A stretch of DNA of 62,778 nucleotides from Myxococcota bacterium (GTDB lineage: Bacteria; Myxococcota_A; Bradymonadia; UBA4248), in NCBI GenBank assembly GCA_045643185.1, contig JAZUKH010000265.1:1-62778 (forward strand). The letters run 5' to 3'. Positions within the stretch are counted from its first letter, which is position 1. Every line of letters starts with the position of its first letter. The position numbers and the translations under genes were made by a program. Below are positions 1 to 7,819 of this stretch, one piece after another. The notes beneath the pieces are model-generated. The model worked only from the letters and a program-made list of their open reading frames with translations, was not told the origin of the DNA and made no database searches.

Positions 1-256
1 ATTTAGGTGCAAAAAACAGCTAAATCCTAATTAACTAAATCCTAATCCACTAACAGGATTTAGGAGCTAGGATTTAGGATTTAGGATTTAGGTGCAAAAA
101 ACAGCTAAATCCTAATTAACTAAATCCTAATCCACTAACAGGATTTAGGAGCTAGGATTTAGGATTTAGATGCAAGAAACCAGCTAAATTCTAATCCGCT
201 AATTAACTAAATCCTAATCTACTAAATCCTAATCCACTAATCCACTAAATCCTAAT
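1..256. repeat. Array built from the heptamer AAATCCT (as CTAAATCCTAAT) and its complement AGGATTT. The ~85-bp unit occurs twice (1-85, 86-169), followed by a forward-only degenerate part (170-256).
   Basis: Direct reading. 1-85 and 86-169 are near-identical. CTAAATCCTAAT starts at 20, 35, 105, 120, 207, 222 and 245, with a variant at 184. (AGGATTT)x3 lies at 69-89 and x2 at 154-167. The array is cut by the window edge. Confidence 0.9.
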
Positions 257-366
257 CAGCAAGCAGGCGCGTATCGGCGTAGCCGATAGCGACTGCGCGG
301 GCGCGTATTGAGCGACAGCGAGAAGCGCCCGCCCCCCAAAAAATAAATATAAAGAGGATCTAAAAT

Positions 367-3300
367 ATGTCGAACGTCAATTATATCCATGATGGTTTTC
401 AGGTATTGCTTCCCGTTCTGCATCGTCTCATTCGCAGTGTTTTTAAGGGAAAATACGGCGATAACTGGTTGATTGAGCTGAACGAAGCTTATCCGCTTAG
501 CAATCGCGAACAGGGGATGCAGACGGTCAGCACGCCTGATGAAGTGCTGGATGCGTGTGATATGCAGATGACGATCACGATCATCGATAAACTGTGGAGC
601 ACGTATTTTAAGGCGACGAATCTGTCGCGTTCGTATTTGAACGAGGTGCGCGAAGTGCGCAATCGCGCGGCACATATTGGCACGAGTGATTTTAGCGACG
701 ACGATACCGTTCGAGCACTCGACACGATGGCGCGCATTGTCGATAAGCTTGAACCCGAAAAGAGCGAAGGGATTCGCGCCATGATTCGTGATTTGCGCTA
801 CACCGATCCCGGGGCATCGCAGCTGCCGATGGCAAGCAAAGCGCGGACTAAACGCGAAAATGAGGCGATCGTCGTCAATGGGCAGCTTCCTGCGTGGCGC
901 AACGTGATGAAACCGAATGCCGATGTTGCGGCAGATCGCTATAAAAATGCTGATTTTGCGGCCAATCTGGGCGAGGTAGCCAATGGCACGGGGGCGCAGG
1001 AATATGCCGATCCCGTCGATTTTTTCCATAAGACGTATTTGACGCACGGCATGAAACAGCTGCTGATTCAGGCGATTCGCCGAGTAACGACGGGCAACGG
1101 CGATCCGGTTATTCAGCTCAAAACCTCATTTGGCGGCGGCAAAACGCATACGCTGTTGACGCTGTATCACTTGATGCGCCAGATGGTGCCTGCTGACAAA
1201 ATGCGCGGCGTTGCGGAGCTACTCAATGATGCCGGCGTGGATAAGATGCCGCGCGTCAACGTGGCTGCGCTTTACTGCGTCGATTTTGAACCGACGAAAT
1301 CGAGGCGTCCCGCCAATTTGCCCGGTGTAACTGTCAACACGATGTGGGGTGAAATTGCGGCGCAACTTGCGATATCTGCAGGACGGCCGGAATTGTACGA
1401 TTTCGTCAAAGAATCCGACAAAAAAGGCGTATCGCCTGGGCGCGAAGTGCTTCGCAATTTGCTGGATGCATGCGGACCATGTATGATTTTGATCGACGAA
1501 TTCGTCGCGTATGCACGTAAATTATATAAAAAAGACGGGTTGCCTGCGGGCTCGTTTGACAATTTGATGACCTTTGTGCAGGAACTGGCAGAAGCTGCGG
1601 CGACGAGTAAAAACAGCCTCGTCGTGGCCTCAATTCCCGAATCGGATGTCGAAATTGGGACAGAAGAAGGCGGCAAAATTGCGCTTCAAAGTATTGAAAA
1701 ATATTTTGGACGTCTTGAATCGGTATGGACGCCGGTTGAACCGACCGAGAGTTTTGAAATTGTGCGCAGACGTCTGTTTCAATCGTGTGATGATAATGTG
1801 GCACGTGAACTCGTGTGCGAAGAATTCAGCAGGATGTATGTCGCGCAGAAAGATGATTTCCCGGCAGAAGCACGCGAGCTGAATTATAAAAAACGTCTGA
1901 TTGATTGTTATCCGATTCATCCCGATGTTTTTGATAAATTATATCAAGTTTGGGCGACGATTGAGGGATTTCAGCGCACGCGCGGTGTTTTGCGCTATAT
2001 GGCAGGTGTCGTTCATTATTTGTGGGAAATTGGGGATGCATCCCCGCTCATCATGCCGTGGTCGATGCCGTTTTGCGATGTACAGGTCAGCGGCGAACTC
2101 ATCAAACATCTGGGGGCAAATAATATCTGGCAGCCGATTATTTCTAAAGAAATCGATGGCAGTCAGTCGATTCCGAACGAGCAGGACAACAAGGATTTCC
2201 GCCTGGGACAGCTCAATGCATCGCGTCGTGTAACGCGCATGATCATGTTTTCGACGGCACCGTCCGTTCGTTTTCAAAAAGTTCGCGGTATTACTAAAAA
2301 AGAAATTCACCTGGGTGTTTGTATGCCGGGGGAATCGATGGCGGCCTATAACGATGCGCTCGAGCGCCTCACCGAAAAGCTTGCCTATTTATACAGCGAT
2401 ACGATGGCGGATACGCATTACTGGTTTGATACGCGTCCTACGCTTCGCAAAATGATGCAGGATCGCATGGCGCAGATTGATGCAGATGCCGTCGTGGACG
2501 CCATTCGCGGCATGATGCAGAATTACACGAAAAAAACATCGACGTTTGATGTGCATGTATTTCCCGGAGAACGCGATAAAGTCACCGATGATCAGAAGCT
2601 TCATCTCGTCGTGCTCAATCCTTCGCAAACGCATTCTGGGCGCGATTCCGGGCATTTAAGAGCCGTTAATGCCGCCAAGTATCATTTGGATAATTGTGGC
2701 AATTCACCGCGTCGCAATAAAAATATGCTGTTGTTCCTCGCACCAGACAATGAATCCATCGAAACGGTTAAAATAAATATATTGCAAAAGCTGGCGTGGG
2801 AATCGATTCGCAGTGATTCTGATAAAAATATTATCAATTTAGGTAAAATAGAAATCGAAGAAATCTCTAAAAATATTAAAAAATTAAATGATGTTATCGA
2901 TTCGAGTCTGAGTGAAGCCTATTCGTGGCTGCTCGTGCCCGAAAACGATGAATCGAGCAATGAACTTCATTGGGAAAATTATGACATTCGCGGGCAGCAG
3001 GCATTAATGGATCGCATCTCAAAGCAAATCAGCGAAAATGAAATTGCATTGACGAACTGGGCGCCGCGTTTTCTCAACGATTTGTTGAATAAATTATATT
3101 GGCGCGATGATCGAACCGATCTGGAAATAAAGACACTTTGGCAAAATATGACGAGCTATTGTTATATGAAACGCCTCGTGAATTTCGACGTGCTCAAAGC
3201 CTGTATAGAAAAAGGTATTGGCGATTATTTCGGGTATTCGTCCGGTTCAAAAAATGAGAATGGTCAATATATTGGTCTGACACTCGGCAAAACGCCGATT

Positions 3301-3780
3301 GATGCAAGTGGATTTATTGTCAAACTCGATGTCGCCTCAGCGCAGCTAGATGCCGAGCGCCTGAAGCGCGAGGCGGAAGAACGCAAACGTCGTGAGCGCG
3401 AGGGGCTGACAGATTCTGGTGGTTCGGGCTCAACAAACACGGGCAATAACGACAATCCCCCTGCAACATCTGGAAATGGAACGTCCAATGGTAATGGAGA
3501 TAGACCTTTTGTGGTTCCCAAGGCTCCACCAGTGAAAGTGACCGAATATTATGCGTCGAAAAAGATCGATTCCGCGAGGTTGTCGCGCGAGCTCAAAGCG
3601 GAGTTTATTCGCCAGGTCGTCGAAGAAATCGTGGCAAATCTCGAAGGTGAAGTCGACGAGCCCATTGAAATAACGCTCGATATCAAAGCGAGCAATCAAC
3701 GCGGTTTCTCTCAATCGACGGTGCGCGTGATTACAGAAAATGCGCGAGTACTCGGTTTTGATACGAGCGAGTTTGAGTGA
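367..3780 (+). CDS. Large P-loop ATPase of the DUF499 (defence-island) type with an N-terminal HEPN-like head
   Basis: 1137-aa ORF. The helical N-terminus carries R98-x4-H103 (EVRNRAAH, nt 658-675). Walker A is FGGGKTHT (G256-T260) and Walker B-like is MILIDEF. A G/S/N/T low-complexity linker lies near the C-terminus. The layout matches DUF499-type ATPases as I remember them. Confidence 0.8.
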   Translation: MSNVNYIHDGFQVLLPVLHRLIRSVFKGKYGDNWLIELNEAYPLSNREQGMQTVSTPDEVLDACDMQMTITIIDKLWSTYFKATNLSRSYLNEVREVRNRAAHIGTSDFSDDDTVRALDTMARIVDKLEPEKSEGIRAMIRDLRYTDPGASQLPMASKARTKRENEAIVVNGQLPAWRNVMKPNADVAADRYKNADFAANLGEVANGTGAQEYADPVDFFHKTYLTHGMKQLLIQAIRRVTTGNGDPVIQLKTSFGGGKTHTLLTLYHLMRQMVPADKMRGVAELLNDAGVDKMPRVNVAALYCVDFEPTKSRRPANLPGVTVNTMWGEIAAQLAISAGRPELYDFVKESDKKGVSPGREVLRNLLDACGPCMILIDEFVAYARKLYKKDGLPAGSFDNLMTFVQELAEAAATSKNSLVVASIPESDVEIGTEEGGKIALQSIEKYFGRLESVWTPVEPTESFEIVRRRLFQSCDDNVARELVCEEFSRMYVAQKDDFPAEARELNYKKRLIDCYPIHPDVFDKLYQVWATIEGFQRTRGVLRYMAGVVHYLWEIGDASPLIMPWSMPFCDVQVSGELIKHLGANNIWQPIISKEIDGSQSIPNEQDNKDFRLGQLNASRRVTRMIMFSTAPSVRFQKVRGITKKEIHLGVCMPGESMAAYNDALERLTEKLAYLYSDTMADTHYWFDTRPTLRKMMQDRMAQIDADAVVDAIRGMMQNYTKKTSTFDVHVFPGERDKVTDDQKLHLVVLNPSQTHSGRDSGHLRAVNAAKYHLDNCGNSPRRNKNMLLFLAPDNESIETVKINILQKLAWESIRSDSDKNIINLGKIEIEEISKNIKKLNDVIDSSLSEAYSWLLVPENDESSNELHWENYDIRGQQALMDRISKQISENEIALTNWAPRFLNDLLNKLYWRDDRTDLEIKTLWQNMTSYCYMKRLVNFDVLKACIEKGIGDYFGYSSGSKNENGQYIGLTLGKTPIDASGFIVKLDVASAQLDAERLKREAEERKRREREGLTDSGGSGSTNTGNNDNPPATSGNGTSNGNGDRPFVVPKAPPVKVTEYYASKKIDSARLSRELKAEFIRQVVEEIVANLEGEVDEPIEITLDIKASNQRGFSQSTVRVITENARVLGFDTSEFE

Positions 3781-3876
3781 GGATAGGATTTAGAAGATAG
3801 GATTTAGGATTTAGAAGATAGAATTTAGGAGCTAGAAAACAACTAAATCCTAATTAACTAAATCCTAATCCGCTAA
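3781..3876. repeat. Intergenic copy of the AGGATTT / CTAAATCCTAAT repeat family
   Basis: AGGATTT lies at 3785, 3799 and 3806, with a degenerate copy at 3820. CTAAATCCTAATTAACTAAATCCTAATCC at 3843-3871 is an exact 29-mer also present at 20-48 and 105-133. It ends 8 nt before the helicase RBS (AAGGAG, 3879-3884). Confidence 0.9.
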
Positions 3877-3891
3877 ACAAGGAGCAGAAAC

Positions 3892-6800
3892 ATGATACAA
3901 ATAGCTGATATAAAACCAGGCATTCGCGTGACAGGCATTACGCTAAATCAAGCGACGCAAATACTCAGTGCAGAGGCGTGTGATGGTTCTGTTTCGATTT
4001 TAGGACGAAATGACGACGGCACGACTGTTGATACCATTCTATTTGAGGACCAGCTCGATACGATTGAAATTGCATCGCAAGCGATGAGCTGGACATTTAC
4101 TGCGGACAGTGAGAGCTATCGACTTGCATCAGAAGCGTATCGCATTAAGCTGGCGTGGCTGTTCGATCCGATGATGGCGGTACATACGTCGAATGTCGAG
4201 CCGTTGCCGCATCAGATCACGGCTGTTTATGAGGCTATGCTGCCTCGTCAGCCGCTTCGTTTTATTTTGGCCGACGATCCGGGCGCCGGTAAAACGATTA
4301 TGACGGGGTTGCTGCTCAAAGAGTTAATTATTCGTGGTGATGTCAAACGATGTCTGATCGTTTCCCCGGGATCGCTTTGTGAGCAGTGGCAGGAGGAACT
4401 GTCGAATAAATTCAATCTCGAATTTAAGATTTTAACAAATGAAGATATCGAGGCGTCGCTTGGTAATATCTTTGATAAAACGCCTTTTTGTATCGCCAGA
4501 CTGGACAAATTGGCGAGGTGTATCAAATCTGATGAACAGGGACAAACAACACAAATCAGGCTACGAAAACTGCTTGAACAGAGCGAATGGGATTTAATTG
4601 TATGCGATGAAGCACATAAAATGTCCGCATCATGGTTTGGTGGAGATTTAAAAAAGACAAAGCGCTTCCAACTAGGCGAGATGTTATCCGGATTAACTCG
4701 TCATTTTTTATTGCTGACGGCGACACCGCATAATGGAAAAAACGATGAATTTGAATTGTTTTTATCACTCGTCGATGCAGAGCGCTATGCGCAGATGAAG
4801 CCTTCTCAGAAACAGAATACTGATAAAAACGGTGATTACTCTGACATCATGCGCAGACTGGTTAAAGAAGAGCTTATTCGATTCGACGGTACACCGCTTT
4901 TCCCGGAACGCATTGCGCAAACGCTGAATTATGATCTATCCAGCGACGAGCTGCTGCTGTATGAAGAAGTGACGGAATATGTACAAACGCAATTTGATCG
5001 TGCTGAAAAAGTGACGAAAAAGCGTTTCAATACCGTTGGGTTTGCGCTCACGATTTTGCAGCGACGATTGGCGTCTTCACCAGAAGCGATTTATCTTTCG
5101 TTATCGCGACGCCTGGAAAGACTCGAAAGAAAACTCAAAGACATTGAAATGCATCGCGATAAGCTGGCTAGCGCATATTCAGAAATCGACTGGGATGATA
5201 TCGACGATATGGATGCAGCAGAAGTCGAAGAGAACGAGGAGGAATTACTCGATCAGTCTACAGCGTCGACATCTATTCCTGAACTCAGAGATGAAATCGA
5301 AACGCTGCGAAGACTCAAGGCTAGTGCAGAACGCATCAGGAATTCTAATAAAGATAAGAAATGGGAAGAGTTATCTAATCTGCTGATCGAAAATGAAAAA
5401 ATGTATATCGAATCCGAAGGGGAATTTGCGAGAGAAAAGCTGATTATCTTTACGGAGCATCGCGATACTCTGAATTATCTGCTTAGAAAGATCGGAATTT
5501 TACTGGGGAACAATCGTATTGTGACGATTCACGGTGGTATGCATCGCGAGGAACGTCATCAGGCAGAAGCTGAGTTTAAAACCAATCCCGATATTACGGT
5601 ATTAATTGCTACGGATGCCGCAGGCGAAGGCATCAATCTTCAGCGTGCTCACTTAATGATCAACTACGATCTGCCGTGGAATCCGAACAGACTTGAGCAG
5701 CGTTTTGGGCGAATCCACCGCATTGGCCAGCGTTCGACGTGTTATCTGTGGAATCTTGTCGCTAATAATACGAGAGAAGGCGCAGTATTTCAGCGGTTGT
5801 TTGAAAAATTGGAAATGGAACGCGAGCGCCTTGGTGGAAAAGTCTTTGACATACTTGGCAAAGTGACGTTCGACGATGGCAAACCATTGCGTGATCTGCT
5901 TTTGGATGCCATTCAACGCGATCAGTCTCCTGAGAGCAAGGCTTATTTTGAGCGCATCGTTGATACTGCTTTTGATGCAAAGAAGATCAAAGCGCTATTG
6001 GATGAGAGGGCATTAGCAACGGACGTTTTAGATGCGGCCAGTGTCGAACGCATTCGTGAGGAAATGGATCGTCTGGAAGCGCGCAAGATGCAGCCGCACT
6101 TTATTTCGAGTTTCTTTTTGTCGGTATTTAAATCTCTTGGGGGACAATACCGCAAACGTGCCAATCAGCGTTGTTCACTCTTGCGAGTGCCCAAAGCGAT
6201 TCGGGAAGAAGCCAATATATTGGATAGCACGCAACCTGTTTCAGAAAAATATGAATATATCTGTTTTGACAAAGCCTCAAAAGTGATTGATGGCATGCCA
6301 GAGGCAGAACTCGTATGTCCTGGTTCATCGCTTCTCAATGCAGCTGTTTCATTAACGCTCAAAAATCATTTTCATCGATTTAAAGAAGGTACCATTTTTG
6401 TCGATGATACCGATTTTGGCACAGAACCGAAATTATTATTCTATATTGAATCGACCATGATCAATGCAGTCGTCCGTCAAAATGTGAATGAAGTGATATT
6501 TAAACAGGTAAATTATATCTTCATGTACCAGGATGGACATGCACAAAACGCTGGTTATGCGCCATATCTTGATTATCGCGCACCCAATGATGATGAACTT
6601 TCAAAGGCTAAAGAATATGTTAAATCGCAAACATGGCTGACAAAAGATATCGAACAGAAAGCAGTTCGTTATGCAGTTTCCAATATCATTCAGAAGCAAT
6701 TCAGACAACTGAGAGAAGAACGAAAATTGCGCTATGAAAAGATTGAAGCACAGGTTAAGAGCCGGTTGTGTTGTGCAATCAATTACTGGGATGCGAAAGC

Positions 6801-7452
6801 AAACGACCATGAGGAAAAGGCCATTAAAGGCTTAAAAAATGCGAACTCGAATGCAGCCCAGGCAAGGGCAAAAGCTGATAAACTGAGAATACAGCAGGCA
6901 AATCGGCTTAGAGAACTCGAGTTGGAAAAACAGGTATTTTCAGGCCAGCCCCAAATTACAGGTGCTGCAGTCGTCATTCCCGTTGGGCTAATGAATCTAC
7001 TTTGCGGAAAATCTGTCGATTCAGAAATCAGTCATGACAAGAAAACAATGGAAATGGCGGGAATGAATGCTGTTATGGCGATTGAAAAGCGACTTGGTTT
7101 TGCGCCCGTCGATGTCAGTTCGGAAAATTGTGGTTATGATATCGAATCGAAAATCCCGGTTGAGCGCAGAAATGACGGCAATGCTCTCAGGCTTATCGAA
7201 GTCAAGGCACGAAAGGCAGATGCTGATTTTGTCACACTAACACGTAATGAAATTCTGACTGCACGTAACTGCGAAGAGAACGGAAATTACATTTTGGCTG
7301 TTGTCATGGTTGACGGCGAAAAGACAGAAACGACCTATTTTGAGCATATACATTTCAACGAACCGGATGTATCCATGCGATCCTGTAATTACTCGATTCA
7401 GGATTTAAAACAGCAGGCTGAAAGCAAATTGCAGAATGTTTTATCACATTGA
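3892..7452 (+). CDS. SNF2/SF2 helicase with a C-terminal DUF3883-like (restriction-endonuclease-fold) domain
   Basis: 1186-aa ORF with RBS AAGGAG. Helicase motifs: I DDPGAGKT, II VCDEAH, III LLLTATPHNG, V-VI ATDAAGEGINLQ...NPNRLEQRFGRIHRIGQ. The C-terminal part GYDIES...LRLIEVKAR...TLTRNE resembles DUF3883. Confidence 0.85.
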   Translation: MIQIADIKPGIRVTGITLNQATQILSAEACDGSVSILGRNDDGTTVDTILFEDQLDTIEIASQAMSWTFTADSESYRLASEAYRIKLAWLFDPMMAVHTSNVEPLPHQITAVYEAMLPRQPLRFILADDPGAGKTIMTGLLLKELIIRGDVKRCLIVSPGSLCEQWQEELSNKFNLEFKILTNEDIEASLGNIFDKTPFCIARLDKLARCIKSDEQGQTTQIRLRKLLEQSEWDLIVCDEAHKMSASWFGGDLKKTKRFQLGEMLSGLTRHFLLLTATPHNGKNDEFELFLSLVDAERYAQMKPSQKQNTDKNGDYSDIMRRLVKEELIRFDGTPLFPERIAQTLNYDLSSDELLLYEEVTEYVQTQFDRAEKVTKKRFNTVGFALTILQRRLASSPEAIYLSLSRRLERLERKLKDIEMHRDKLASAYSEIDWDDIDDMDAAEVEENEEELLDQSTASTSIPELRDEIETLRRLKASAERIRNSNKDKKWEELSNLLIENEKMYIESEGEFAREKLIIFTEHRDTLNYLLRKIGILLGNNRIVTIHGGMHREERHQAEAEFKTNPDITVLIATDAAGEGINLQRAHLMINYDLPWNPNRLEQRFGRIHRIGQRSTCYLWNLVANNTREGAVFQRLFEKLEMERERLGGKVFDILGKVTFDDGKPLRDLLLDAIQRDQSPESKAYFERIVDTAFDAKKIKALLDERALATDVLDAASVERIREEMDRLEARKMQPHFISSFFLSVFKSLGGQYRKRANQRCSLLRVPKAIREEANILDSTQPVSEKYEYICFDKASKVIDGMPEAELVCPGSSLLNAAVSLTLKNHFHRFKEGTIFVDDTDFGTEPKLLFYIESTMINAVVRQNVNEVIFKQVNYIFMYQDGHAQNAGYAPYLDYRAPNDDELSKAKEYVKSQTWLTKDIEQKAVRYAVSNIIQKQFRQLREERKLRYEKIEAQVKSRLCCAINYWDAKANDHEEKAIKGLKNANSNAAQARAKADKLRIQQANRLRELELEKQVFSGQPQITGAAVVIPVGLMNLLCGKSVDSEISHDKKTMEMAGMNAVMAIEKRLGFAPVDVSSENCGYDIESKIPVERRNDGNALRLIEVKARKADADFVTLTRNEILTARNCEENGNYILAVVMVDGEKTETTYFEHIHFNEPDVSMRSCNYSIQDLKQQAESKLQNVLSH

Positions 7453-7819
7453 CGAAGCAGTTCTTGTAGCTCATCTTGAGCTCTTTTGAGAAGTCCTGGG
7501 ACAGCAGTGGTTTCAAATGATTTTTTTGACCTCCGTCGTCGATCCACTGGTTGATTAGTTAATGCCTACATGTAGGTGTTAATACATCCCCCTTCTTTAT
7601 ATATTGCCAACGAGTTTCAAAATGTGACGGATTATTTCGTAAAATGTTCTGAAATCGTTGTGGTGTCATAACATCCATACTGATGTGTTTTCTCGAAATA
7701 GCTAGGGATGAAAAAAAATTGAAAAAAAATGTCACGTTTTTCGACCTGAAGGGGAATTCTTTAGGGCTAGGGGAAATGGGTCTCTTAGCCTCACAGAACT
7801 TTCAAGGAGGAAAAAGACC

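Noticed and set aside
1-256. CRISPR array, or telomere-like TTAGG repeat
   Set aside because: There are no unique spacers between the repeats. The words are 7-12 bp with 7- or 15-bp spacing and occur in both orientations. The TTAGG resemblance is incidental to the AGGATTT heptamer.
256-1047. Long antisense or alternate-frame ORFs opposite real genes. Examples: 256..1047, 8567..9328, 15958..17004, 18122..18949, 21368..22507, 23129..23734, 23937..24686, 26295..27062, 28404..29270, 40601..41269, 43435..45141, 47210..48358, 54942..55787, 56169..57101.
   Set aside because: Each lies fully inside a better-supported gene on the other strand or frame that has clear motifs. Their translations are Arg/His/Val-rich and low-complexity with no motif, RBS or signal peptide, which is typical of shadow ORFs.
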